Assembly (NCBI GenBank): GCA_902761275.1
Contig: CACWJS010000001.1
Coordinates: 11,477-75,476, forward strand
Length of the DNA: 64,000 nucleotides
Reading direction: 5' to 3'
Source: an uncultured bacterium
Lineage (GTDB): Bacteria; Verrucomicrobiota; Kiritimatiellia; RFP12; UBA1067
Both the position numbers and the translations under genes were made by a program. Below the pieces are notes generated by a model. It was not told the origin of the DNA, searched no databases, and saw nothing but the letters and a program-made list of their open reading frames with translations. Of the stretch, positions 1 to 9,200 are shown piece by piece; the stretch's first letter is position 1, and the number at the start of each line of letters is the position of its first letter.

Positions 1-116
1 GCGCGACCTTGCGCCCCATATCCTCCGCCTTGTCGCAGCCGTCGACGAGAACCATCAACCCCACACCCAAGACAAAGCAAAACAGCAATTTCGTGAATCC
101 AGTTGTCTTACGCATA
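1..116 (-). CDS. Secreted/lipoprotein-like protein, N-terminal fragment (gene runs off window start)
   Basis: ATG at 116..114 (minus) preceded by GGAGGA SD; N-term MRKTTGFTKLLFCFVLGVGLMVLVDGCDK = signal peptide plus Cys; extended -10 (plus-strand CATTATACCA at ~160-170) upstream. Confidence 0.5.
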
Positions 117-230
117 TTAATCCTCCATTTCATTAGATTTCTCTGCACAATCTGAGGGCATTATACCATACAATTCCCGCGAAAGACAATGCTCACCCAA
201 GATTCTCTTTAGTTGGAAACCTCATTTCGA

Positions 231-253
231 GTTTAGACAGGATTTACAGGATT
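231..253. repeat. Intergenic repeat element copy (GTTTAGACAGGATTTACAGGATT)
   Basis: Same 21-23 nt as 1191-1215; inverted partner at 1244-1272; related AATCCTGTCAATCCTGTC at 52683-52712. Confidence 0.6.
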
Positions 254-295
254 GTTTTCAACCTATATTCGGTAGTTGGATGGGGTAGTGTTTAA

Positions 296-329
296 CGCAG
301 AGGCGCAGAGACGCAGAGAACGCGGAGAG
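296..329 (+). repeat. Tandem (N)CGCAGAG x4 repeat block
   Basis: cgcagaggcgcagagacgcagagaacgcggagag; near-identical (2 mismatches) to reverse complement of 23741-23774; degenerate inverted copies at ~451-553. Confidence 0.65.
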
Positions 330-587
330 TTTTATGCATTTTGAGAAGACATCTCCTTGTAGGCGCTGACAACATCATTCACCCAATTGGTGATGGCTCA
401 TGCTCTCGGACAGCGTTTGGAATTCAGCATTTTCACAACAAATTTCATTCTCTGCGCACTTTGCGTCTCTCGGCACTCGCTCTGCTCGGCTTGGCTCGCT
501 ACGAATCGCGAGCCCCGCTTGCGCGGCGGTTACGCGCCTCTGCGTTAAAAAATGAACTGCCGTTTTTAGGGTTAATCCTGCCCAATT

Positions 588-1169
588 TCACTTCTGCTTC
601 AGCCGCTCGGAGGCCTTGCGAATGTAGCGCGGGAGGTTGCTCCAGACGGAATGATAGCCGTAGCCGCCATTTCTCATCTCGTCAATCGCGTCGTCCACCG
701 TCCAGCCCTCGCGCAAAATGCGATACATCGCGCACATCGTCCCGGTTCGGTCCGCCCCGTGCTGGCAATGCACCAAGACCGGAACGGCATTTGTGTCGTC
801 CAAGACCGAGAGGAAATCAGTGACATACTTGTCCTTCATGTTCCCCGTGAAAATCTCAATGCGACGTGCCTTAAGCGGAAGACCGCCGATCTCGTCAGAA
901 TCGGAATGGTTGTCGCGCAGGTTCACTACCGTCTTTATGCCGAGCGCAACGAGATTTGTCATCCCCTCCGCCGTCGGCTGCGCGCTACGATAAAGCCGGT
1001 CCGAGACTTTATGCAAATTGGGAACGCCCGCGCAGGTCATCGGCACAGCCCACTTCTCAGGTCTCGCCGTCGTGTCCACGCGCGTCGCCTGCTCTTCCGC
1101 AGCGCCGAACGCCGAGACAAAGATCGTCACCCCCGCAACAACCAGTGCAAACATTTTTAGCTTTTTCAT
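588..1169 (-). CDS. Secreted protein tyrosine / dual-specificity phosphatase (CX5R family)
   Basis: N-terminal signal peptide MKKLKMFALVVAGVTIFVSAFGAA; catalytic P-loop VHCQHGADRTG (HCxxGxxR[S/T]). Confidence 0.8.
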   Translation of the reverse strand: MKKLKMFALVVAGVTIFVSAFGAAEEQATRVDTTARPEKWAVPMTCAGVPNLHKVSDRLYRSAQPTAEGMTNLVALGIKTVVNLRDNHSDSDEIGGLPLKARRIEIFTGNMKDKYVTDFLSVLDDTNAVPVLVHCQHGADRTGTMCAMYRILREGWTVDDAIDEMRNGGYGYHSVWSNLPRYIRKASERLKQK

Positions 1170-1190
1170 TTCGTTTGTTCCTTTCGCGTT

Positions 1191-1272
1191 TTTTAGACAG
1201 GATTTACAGGATTTACAAGATTAAGATTTCCATCCTCTTCCCCTAATCCTGTCAATCTTGTTAATCCTGTCC
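1191..1272. repeat. Imperfect inverted-repeat element (GACAGGATTTACAGGATTTACAAGATTAA ... TAATCCTGTCAATCTTGTTAATCCTGTCC)
   Basis: Two arms are reverse complements around a ~20-nt spacer, abutting the vsr stop codon; left arm repeated at 231-253. Confidence 0.6.
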
Positions 1273-1739
1273 TACACCTTCTTCCCCCACTCTGCAAGAT
1301 TCCTGAGGACAAATGCAAATGTCTTTTCACGCTCCTTCGCTGTCTTGAGACCACATTCCCAAATGACGATGAGGTTCCATCCATCTGCCGTCCACGCCTT
1401 TTCGTGTTCCGCGTCGCGGCGGACATTTCGCCGGAACTTCGCGTTCCAAAACGCGCGGTTTGACTTCGGCCTCGTGGCGGTCGCGCAGATGGCGGTTTGG
1501 ACAAGCTTGCGGCCATCCCACTCCCACCCATGCTGGTGCCAGAAGCAGCCACGAACCTCGATGAGTGCGCGGCACTTTGGAATCACGATGTCTGGATGGC
1601 CCACGATGCGCTTGTCGCAGACGCGGAAGCGGTAGCCGTTCTCCCAGAGCATTTTGCGAACGACGACTTCCGGCAGCGTGTCGCGCGAGTGTATCGCCGA
1701 CATTATCTTCGACCGCTTCTCCTTGCTCACCGTGTCCAT
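1272..1739 (-). CDS. vsr: Very-short-patch-repair (T/G mismatch) endonuclease Vsr
   Basis: 155 aa; Vsr-like sequence: RSKIMSAI, TLPEVVVRKML, ALIEVRGCFWHQH. Confidence 0.8.
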   Translation of the reverse strand: MDTVSKEKRSKIMSAIHSRDTLPEVVVRKMLWENGYRFRVCDKRIVGHPDIVIPKCRALIEVRGCFWHQHGWEWDGRKLVQTAICATATRPKSNRAFWNAKFRRNVRRDAEHEKAWTADGWNLIVIWECGLKTAKEREKTFAFVLRNLAEWGKKV

Positions 1740-1750
1740 GTCGTCCCTTT

Positions 1751-2344
1751 CTACACGCCCTCTATCGCAGCGACCATGCGGCCGATGCGCGTCTTCGCCT
1801 GGCTCACCTGGTTGCGCGTAACACCAAACTCGCGCGCGACTTCGTCGATTGGACGCTCCTCGACGACATACGCACGATAGAGGCGCTTGTTGAGGTCAGA
1901 TACGAGCGTCTTCGTAAGGACATGTTCTTCGGCCGCGCGATGCCGCGCCATCGCCCACTCCGCGTCCATCGCCGCAGTCACGCTGTCCGCAGGGATGCTC
2001 GGCTCCGCGTCATCGAGCGGAACATTGAGTCCGAGCCCGCGCGCCTTTTCGCGGCGATACGCCATGTAGAGCTGGCTGCGGATCATCTTCGCGAGATACG
2101 CGCGAAAGTTCCCCTTTCCTTCGCGCACGGAGAACTTGTTGCCGCGGAAAATGCGCACAAGCCCAACGAGCACTTCCTGCACTACGTCGTCCACGTCGCG
2201 TCCGTCGCCGCGTCGCCGCGCAAACTCGCGTATCGCAGGAACATACAGGTCGGCGAAACGCACCCAGTTCGCCTCGTCCTCGCCCGTTACCTGCGCAGCG
2301 AGTTTGACGAGAAGCGTCGCGGGTGTCTCCGGGAATGCGCTCAT
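1751..2344 (-). CDS. ECF-family RNA polymerase sigma-70 factor
   Basis: Start MSAFPETPATLLVKL at 2344 (six-frame ORF is 5'-extended); sigma region 2 (QEVLVGLVRIFR) and region 4 HTH (IDEVAREFGVTRNQVSQAKTRI); start overlaps kinase stop (ATGA). Confidence 0.8.
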   Translation of the reverse strand: MSAFPETPATLLVKLAAQVTGEDEANWVRFADLYVPAIREFARRRGDGRDVDDVVQEVLVGLVRIFRGNKFSVREGKGNFRAYLAKMIRSQLYMAYRREKARGLGLNVPLDDAEPSIPADSVTAAMDAEWAMARHRAAEEHVLTKTLVSDLNKRLYRAYVVEERPIDEVAREFGVTRNQVSQAKTRIGRMVAAIEGV

Positions 2345-3375
2345 TTCGCCTCCAGCACAGACATTCTCTCGCGCAGTTCCCTTAACTCGCGCTCGGCCAT
2401 CTTGCGCTGTCCGCGCTCGTACGCCGCATAGATCGCGACCGCCGCAAATGCCGCGGCTGCGAAAAGCATGAGTCCCGCGAGAATCCAATGCGGAAAACGA
2501 ATTCGCAACATGACGTCGTTTCCGCCGCCGCCCGCTGTGACGAGCGACCGAAACGGATTCTTGTCCGGCTTCCGCCAGGCGAGAAGCCTACGCTCAGTTG
2601 GTTTTTCAGCAAGAAGCGCCGGAATGAGACGCCGCCACTGCGGGTCGAGCGGAAGGAGCAGGTCGTCCAGTTTAACGCCGGGCGCGTACCACACCTGTGT
2701 GAGGAGTCGCAGCATCATCACGCCAAGCGAATAGAAATCGGACGCAGCGGATTCGTCGCCTCCGTCCGCGACTTCGGGCGCGATATAGAACGACTTGCCC
2801 ATCAACGGCTTTTCGCCGCGCACGAGCGTGTTGACAGTCTCTTTCAGCTCCGCGCGCAAGTCGCGCGGCAGGATCTTCGATACACCGAAGTCGGAAAGAA
2901 CCGCGCGTCCGTCCGAACCGACGAGCACGTTTTCAAGCGTGACGTCTCGATGGACGACACCCATCGCGTGGATGTATTCCAATCCCTCGCGGAGATCTTC
3001 GTACCAATTCGCCGCAAGCTCCTCCGTCGCCTCGCCGCTCTCGAGCGCGTCCTTCAGCGAGCGCGGACGCCCAGACTCGTCGAGAACGAGGTCCATGACA
3101 TAGTAAGGGAGGCCGGTCTCAGAGTCAACATCCATGTCATAGACGCGCACGATGCGCGGATGTGACAGGCGCGCGAGAAGCCGCCCTTCGACCTGGAAGC
3201 GCTTGCGCAAGAACTCGACCTCGCCGTGGTCAAGCGTGAACGCCTTCAACGCAAAGTGCGCTCCGAGCCGTTCGTTCTCGACTTCGTACACCTCGGCCAT
3301 CCCCCCCTTCCCGAGCAGGCGCACGATGCGATAGGGTCCAATCTGTCTTCCAGTCTCAAGCATAGCGCTTAACAT
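2341..3375 (-). CDS. Membrane-anchored Hanks-type Ser/Thr protein kinase
   Basis: G-loop LGKGGMAEV, catalytic Lys FALKAF, HRDVTLENV, DFGVS, YIAPEV; C-terminal TM ILAGLMLFAAAAFAAVAIYAAY then coiled coil; 4-nt overlap with ECF sigma. Confidence 0.85.
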   Translation of the reverse strand: MLSAMLETGRQIGPYRIVRLLGKGGMAEVYEVENERLGAHFALKAFTLDHGEVEFLRKRFQVEGRLLARLSHPRIVRVYDMDVDSETGLPYYVMDLVLDESGRPRSLKDALESGEATEELAANWYEDLREGLEYIHAMGVVHRDVTLENVLVGSDGRAVLSDFGVSKILPRDLRAELKETVNTLVRGEKPLMGKSFYIAPEVADGGDESAASDFYSLGVMMLRLLTQVWYAPGVKLDDLLLPLDPQWRRLIPALLAEKPTERRLLAWRKPDKNPFRSLVTAGGGGNDVMLRIRFPHWILAGLMLFAAAAFAAVAIYAAYERGQRKMAERELRELRERMSVLEAK

Positions 3376-3384
3376 CGTGGGGGG

Positions 3385-3777
3385 TTAAGAAAACCAATTC
3401 TCGATTTTAAGTCCATCAAAGCGGGCAAAGTGTCCGGTGTTGCCAGTCGCCAATGTCGCGTCAAGCGTCAATGCCGTCGCCGCGATTATGACATCCGCGT
3501 CGTCAACCCGCCGTCCCTGACGCTCTAACGACGCCTTGAGATCGCCGAATTTCCGCATGATTTCATCAGTGGTATGATAGACAACCAGACTTTTCAGCAG
3601 CTTGTTGGTGGCAACGAGGTTCTCTTCCCTGAAATAAGATTTCTCGACGCCGTAGTAAAGCTCTCCTTCTACCATGGCAGGAATCCCGATCACTTCGTTC
3701 GCCACTTGCACATGTCCGAGCACCTTGGGATTGGCGTGCAATATCCCTATGCAGATGTTCGTATCAAGCAATATCAT
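3385..3777 (-). CDS. vapC: PIN-domain toxin VapC
   Basis: MILLDTNICI (Asp in first strand), 130 aa, PIN acidic residues; 4-nt overlap with upstream antitoxin gene. Confidence 0.8.
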   Translation of the reverse strand: MILLDTNICIGILHANPKVLGHVQVANEVIGIPAMVEGELYYGVEKSYFREENLVATNKLLKSLVVYHTTDEIMRKFGDLKASLERQGRRVDDADVIIAATALTLDATLATGNTGHFARFDGLKIENWFS

Positions 3778-4064
3778 AGCGACACCTCTCGGCCCTTTGT
3801 CCGATGGGATTCTATGTCCTTTATAACTTCGGCCTCGGTGCGCGAATCACGCCAAGTCCCAGCAGCGGCAAGGATATCACGCCTTTGAGCGGCTATTGGA
3901 TCTGTCCACAAATAATCGTCTACAGACACTTTCTCTGGATGCGCCACAACAAAGTCTATGATCGCCAACAACTCGCCGTTTATGCTTCTGTGATTAGCAG
4001 CAGCCCTATTTCGCAACCCAGCCAATGTTGACTCCGGGAGATTCCTCAATGTAAGATTTGCCAT
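3774..4064 (-). CDS. vapB: VapB/FitA-like antitoxin (plasmid-stability / Arc-type)
   Basis: 96 aa, MANLTLRNLPESTLAGLRNRAAANHRSINGELLAII resembles FitA/VapB DNA-binding N-terminus; overlaps vapC. Confidence 0.65.
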   Translation of the reverse strand: MANLTLRNLPESTLAGLRNRAAANHRSINGELLAIIDFVVAHPEKVSVDDYLWTDPIAAQRRDILAAAGTWRDSRTEAEVIKDIESHRTKGREVSL

Positions 4065-4086
4065 GGCAATCAGCTCCTAATTAGAT

Positions 4087-4125
4087 ATCATTTTGACATC
4101 ACAATGATATTATACCAAATCCACG
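4087..4125 (-). promoter_or_regulatory. Putative vapBC promoter/operator
   Basis: Minus strand reads TGGTATAAT (extended -10) ~45 nt upstream of vapB ATG; perfect 8-bp inverted repeat ATATCATT-N10-AATGATAT overlaps the -10; AGGAG SD 8 nt before ATG. Confidence 0.45.
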
Positions 4126-4154
4126 GACAGCTGCGCAAGGAGACGCGAGCCCAA

Positions 4155-4805
4155 TCATCGCGCAGGAGGCACGGAAACGCCGTATGGTTCGCAGATGGTC
4201 GGACGCGGATGACTGGCGAGCGAGAGTCGTGCGGCAACATTGATCCCTAAAACGGCAGCAAGCGCCACGAAAAGGCAAATCACAGCCGCTCGCAAGTTCT
4301 TTGTCCGCGGCATCCGGCCGACAATCCATTTAACCGCGCAAAACGCCGGAGAGAAGAAAAACAGAATCGCAAGGAGCACGGCTTTTGCGCGATTAACGGT
4401 AATTCCCATGACGGCAATATATCGCCATAACTCCCAAGTGAACCACATCGACCACATGAGCGGCAGCGCAAAGGCAATCAGGAAAACAGATGTGTGCGCA
4501 AGCCGCCATATTCGACACCGCGAAATCAGTCCGCACATATGCCAATTGAAAATAGTCCAGGCCTCTGTCAGAAGAATGATGACCGCAATCTTGGTAAGCC
4601 CACTTTGATCCATCGCCGCTCCCGCAATGACTCGGTTAAAGTCATACTCCGCAAACTCCTTTTGGAAAACATGGAGGGTGAAGGCGATTTCAGGCCATAA
4701 TAACGTTGCGAACTGCCAGCACGACAAGGCGCATATCACGCCAGCGACGCAACGGAGCACCCACCGCGCCAGGCGCCCGTATAACTCAGCATTCTCCACT
4801 TTCAT
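4155..4805 (-). CDS. Multi-pass membrane protein (paralog 1 of 3, Yip1-like topology)
   Basis: True start MKVENAELYGRLARW at 4805 (six-frame ORF is extended by out-of-frame R-rich sequence); ~5 hydrophobic helices; N-terminal motif shared with next two genes. Confidence 0.55.
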   Translation of the reverse strand: MKVENAELYGRLARWVLRCVAGVICALSCWQFATLLWPEIAFTLHVFQKEFAEYDFNRVIAGAAMDQSGLTKIAVIILLTEAWTIFNWHMCGLISRCRIWRLAHTSVFLIAFALPLMWSMWFTWELWRYIAVMGITVNRAKAVLLAILFFFSPAFCAVKWIVGRMPRTKNLRAAVICLFVALAAVLGINVAARLSLASHPRPTICEPYGVSVPPAR

Positions 4806-4818
4806 AATGCAATGACGC

Positions 4819-5481
4819 TCACCGTGCCGAGGCGGCTTTGAGGCCGACGGAATCTCCGAAGTGCATGAGGAAGAAGCATTTGCCCTCGGGCGTGCGCGGC
4901 GTGCCGATTGGCGCGAGCATCGGACGAACGAGCGTGACAGTCTGAAGCGCGACGACGGCGAAGACGACGAGCCACAGATGAAGACCGGCCTTGTTAGCGA
5001 CGATTTTCTTCTCCGCCGCCGCCGTAATCGGGCACACCACGAACGCAAGCGACAGCGCGGCAAGGAAGCATGACAGGACAACGATGAACGCAACATTTTC
5101 CGTCGACACGGAGAAAAGCCACAGAATCGGCGACAGCGCCGCGAGGAGACTTCCAAGCGTCGCCGTGCAGACGAGTCCGATGACGGCGAGCCGCGCCGCC
5201 GAGAGCTTCGACCCGCTGATCGTCGCAAAGACATACAGCGTTGGAAAACAGAGGACGAACGAAAACGCCGCAATGCCAACCATCTTTGCCGCGTCAAGAG
5301 CCGCGACCTTCAGGTCCACAAACGACCCGATGGCAAATCCGAATAGCGCACATCCAACTGCCGACACAAGCGCAAGAAATACGGCAAGCCGCCAGTAGTG
5401 TGCCCTGCCGTCCGCAAAGCCCATAACCTCGCCAGGCGCGCGCAGCAGTTCGCCAAGCCCTGGTGTTTTCTCGTTATTCAT
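4819..5481 (-). CDS. Multi-pass membrane protein (paralog 2 of 3)
   Basis: 220 aa, 5-6 TM helices; N-terminus GLGELLRAPGE related to the flanking paralogs; 4-nt overlap with next gene. Confidence 0.55.
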   Translation of the reverse strand: MNNEKTPGLGELLRAPGEVMGFADGRAHYWRLAVFLALVSAVGCALFGFAIGSFVDLKVAALDAAKMVGIAAFSFVLCFPTLYVFATISGSKLSAARLAVIGLVCTATLGSLLAALSPILWLFSVSTENVAFIVVLSCFLAALSLAFVVCPITAAAEKKIVANKAGLHLWLVVFAVVALQTVTLVRPMLAPIGTPRTPEGKCFFLMHFGDSVGLKAASAR

Positions 5482-6143
5482 TTTACTACTCCTCCGTTGA
5501 TTAGGTGTGGTATGATCTGGGTGAAGAGGGATTCAAGAAAGTTGCTTTCAAGAGCGTCGGAGCGGAGAAACTCGACGGATATGTTTGGGCTCCCGACAAG
5601 CGGACGCATGATCCATCCAAGCTGACATCCGACGACGGCAAATGCCACAAGCCAAAGCCCCATCATGAGGACGAGCCGGCAGTCCGCCGAGACTCGCCTC
5701 TTGAGACTCCTATAGAGAAGCGAGACCCCGACGGTTCCGGCGCTTCCCATTACGACGATGTGCGCAAGCATCATCGCGGCATGCGCAAGACGCATCGTCT
5801 CGCGCGTGCCAGAATCCGGCGCGGCGGAAAAGACGAAGAACAAAACGACAGGCGCCGCCGCAAGAAGTATTGCGCCAGCGACGGACATCGCGAAGAAAAC
5901 GGCTTCAAGGACCTCGCGATACCTTAGCCCTGCGCCCGTAGCGAGAGCGGCCATCCAACAGAAAAGCGAAACAATTAGCGTCGCGCCGACAAACACCACA
6001 GGGAGCTTCACCGCCACATACGCCGCCATGAGCGGCGAGCGCCACACGGCCAAGACCGCGCCATACACGCCCGTCGCCGCCGCCACAAACAGGATTCGCC
6101 GCGCCAAGTGTCCGTAAAACTCTCCATTCTCCGTTGTCATCAC
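5478..6143 (-). CDS. Multi-pass membrane protein (paralog 3 of 3)
   Basis: MMTTENGEFYGHLARRILFV matches the MKVENAELYGRLARW motif of paralog 1; hydrophobic helices throughout. Confidence 0.55.
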   Translation of the reverse strand: MMTTENGEFYGHLARRILFVAAATGVYGAVLAVWRSPLMAAYVAVKLPVVFVGATLIVSLFCWMAALATGAGLRYREVLEAVFFAMSVAGAILLAAAPVVLFFVFSAAPDSGTRETMRLAHAAMMLAHIVVMGSAGTVGVSLLYRSLKRRVSADCRLVLMMGLWLVAFAVVGCQLGWIMRPLVGSPNISVEFLRSDALESNFLESLFTQIIPHLINGGVVK

Positions 6144-6219
6144 AAGGGAGAATGCACGCGCGCGGCGAAAATGTCACCGGGCTACATAAGCCGTACGCGA
6201 AGCAGAAGTTACATCCCGT

Positions 6220-9200
6220 TTATTCGGCGAATTTCAGCGGAGGGGGAGGTGCGGCCTTGCGAGCGGCGGCCTCCTTTGCAAGCGCGTCAACCGCCGCTTC
6301 AAGCTGCGGGTCGCGGCCTGCGGCGATGTCGGCCGGCGTCGTCTCGACCTCGATGTCGGGCTTCGCGCCGTGACACTCCATGTCGGTTCCGTCGGGACGG
6401 AAGAAGCCGATGCGAGGACGCCTCATGACACCATAGTCAAGAAGGTTCAGGTCGAAAGTTCCGATCACGTCGCCCGCCGTCTCGGTGCCGACGACCTTGG
6501 CACGGCCGAGCGTCTTCATCGCGTGGGTGAACTCCTCGGCATTCGACTGGCTGCGCTCGTTTGCGAGCACGACGACAGGAAGCGACGTTATGACAGGCCT
6601 CCCGAAGCGCGAGATGATATAGCCCTCTTCCTCGACGCCGCGATAGAGCGTGCGGACGTGGCGACGGCCGCAGAGTATGTCGATGAGGCGGTCTGCCGTG
6701 TGACCGCCGGTATTGAAGCGCACGTCGATGATCACACCGTCCTTGCCGAAGCATTCCGCGAACACCGCATCAGTGAACGCATCCGCCGCATCGTCTCGCA
6801 TAGCGTCTATGGCGAGATAGCCGAAGTTGCCCTTCTCGCGCACGCTCCTGCGCGTCTCGATGACCTCTGCCGCGCGAAGGAGACGGCGCGCCGTCAAGAA
6901 GTGTATTCCCTCGACTTCGCGCACGAGGGAATTCGTCTCGCCCTCGCGCTTGACAGAGAGCGTGAACCTGTGCGGCAGGGGAACTGTCATCGCCTCGGCG
7001 TAGTCCATTCCTGGGAAGACTTCCTTGCCGTCTACCGAAAGGACTATGTCTCCCGCAAGCAACCCCTCTTTGCCGCGATCGGCAGGCGAATCGCGTATAA
7101 TGTCCTTTACGCGCCATCCTTCGCCCTTCCAGTCGGGATCAAAGCGGGCGCCGAGATGCGCGGTAATCGGCTTCCAGTCGCTTGCGCTTGCCGCGGGAAT
7201 CCAGCGCGCCCGCGTCGCGTTGTTCGCCCAAAAGCCGAAGTGAGAGCCGTCTACCTCGCCATACATCATCTCCATGATGCGGGCAAAGACGCTCCACGCC
7301 GGCGCATTGCGGGCGGCAAGCCTGTATTTCTCCCTGACCGCCTGCCAGTCCGTTCCGTGGGTCGCCGGATCGCAGAACCCGTCTCTCATGTCTGCCCACG
7401 CAATCAGGAAGGCGAGTTCCTGCCAGTCTGCGACGTCGATTGTCTGGTAGACCGTGAATCCGAACGACTTGTCGCCGCGCGCCGGCAGGCCGTCAAGGAT
7501 GCCGAGTATCGTCTCCTCGGCATTAGTGTCGTCTCCAGTCTTCGTCCACGACCTCAGGAGAACCGACTTGCCGAACATCTCCTTGTCCTTGTCGTCGGTG
7601 ATCTTCGCCTTCCACGTCTTGCCGTTCCAGTTCCAGCCGAGGGTGCGGCCATCCGGCGCGAAGAGAGGATCCTCGCCTCTCATGTCCAGTTTCCTGACAC
7701 GCTCGAAGAGCCCGTCGAAGACAATGCGATACGACCCTTCCCTGATGCCTCGTTCCGCCTTCTCGTACGCCTCGTCCTCTGGATCGAGATAGACGTAGAA
7801 TATGCGCGGATCTCGTCCGCTTGCCGCGCGCTTTCCAGAAAACGCAAGGACGCGACCGTCAGACGACCACGTTGGATCGCCATCCCAGTCGTAGTTGCGC
7901 GAGACGTTGTACGGCGCTGGCGTCGGGGTGCCGTCTTCGCCCTTCGCCCAGGTCGGGATTATCCACACGTCGCAGTTGCCGTAGCCATCGCGCAGCGTCG
8001 CTGCGACATAGCGGCCGTCTGGCGACCACACGTAGCTGTAGCAGTCGGAAGACTGAAGTGGCGCGACATGGCGCACTACGCCGTTCGTGTCGGCAAACGA
8101 AAGATGTCCGGCAAGATCGGCCCAGGCGAGAGAGCCGCCGTCGGGGGAGACGGATAGAGTCCTGCGGCAGACGTCGCCGCTGACAATCCGCTCGCGGACG
8201 AACGACACGTTCTTCCACCATGCGAGGGAAGGGTCGGCGCGCCTGGCACGCCACACGTCGGCGCCATCGCCATGGTCAGAGAGGTAGTAGAGCGTCTCGC
8301 CGTCAGGCGAGAACGCGCAGTCGCGCTCGTGCGTCCGCGACGAGCCGTGTATCAGTACGGGGCGCCTGTTCTTTTCCTCGTCGGAAAGCTCCATCGCCCA
8401 GACATCGCCGCCGGCAGTGAACGCGACGCCCTTGCCGTCCGGCAGGAACGCGTAGTTACCAAGCCCGTAGTTGTTGTCTGCATTTGAATACCTGTGGCAC
8501 ACCGTCCGCGGCGACGCCGGGTCGAAGCCGGCAGGCCTGACGGCGATGCGCGTCGCCACCGGCTTCTTGGCCGTCGGGTCAAGCCGCCAGAAATCGAGCC
8601 CCTTGCAGAAAACCATCGTGCGCCCATCGTGCGAAAGCGAAGGCGTGCGGACATGATCATCCGAAAACGCGGTAATCACGCGATCATCGCCAGACTTCAG
8701 GTCGCGGCGGTGGACATTCCTGATTCCGCCTGCGCCGGAGAGGTAGTAAAACGACTTGCCGTCGGGAGCCCAAATCGGATCATACGCGCCGTCGCGACCT
8801 GTCACCATGGCCGAGAACTTGCCGCTGTCGCGGTCGTAGAGCCATATCTCGCCGGCGAACGACGAGGACGAGCCGGGACGACGCTTGCGCAGATCGCGAA
8901 TCCCGCCTTCGCACTTGTCGACGAAAAGCACCTTGCGGCCATCAGGCGAAAGCGAAGGCGAACATGCGGGCGCGTCGAAGAGCGTCACCTCGGCGCCACG
9001 GACGGCGAGGGGAACGAGAATGGCACGGCGCGAGTTGCGCACGCTCGTCACGCTCTCGGACGAATTGTCGCGGGACGCGGTGATGAGCAAGCTTGAGCCA
9101 TCCGACGAGTATGCGCACGGAACGCAGCCCTGGGTGTGGAACGAAAGCTGTCGAAGACCGCCTGCTGAAAGGCCGTCTGGGGCAAGCGAAAGTTCGAACG

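Noticed and set aside
341-823. Plus-strand 160-aa ORF (and many similar R/S/P-rich ORFs throughout the track, e.g. 1565..2431, 6370..8157, 19599..21800, 62093..63166)
   Set aside because: They are antisense to well-supported genes, extremely Arg/Ser/Pro-rich and low-complexity, and have no SD. They are the usual open-frame artefacts of high-GC DNA.
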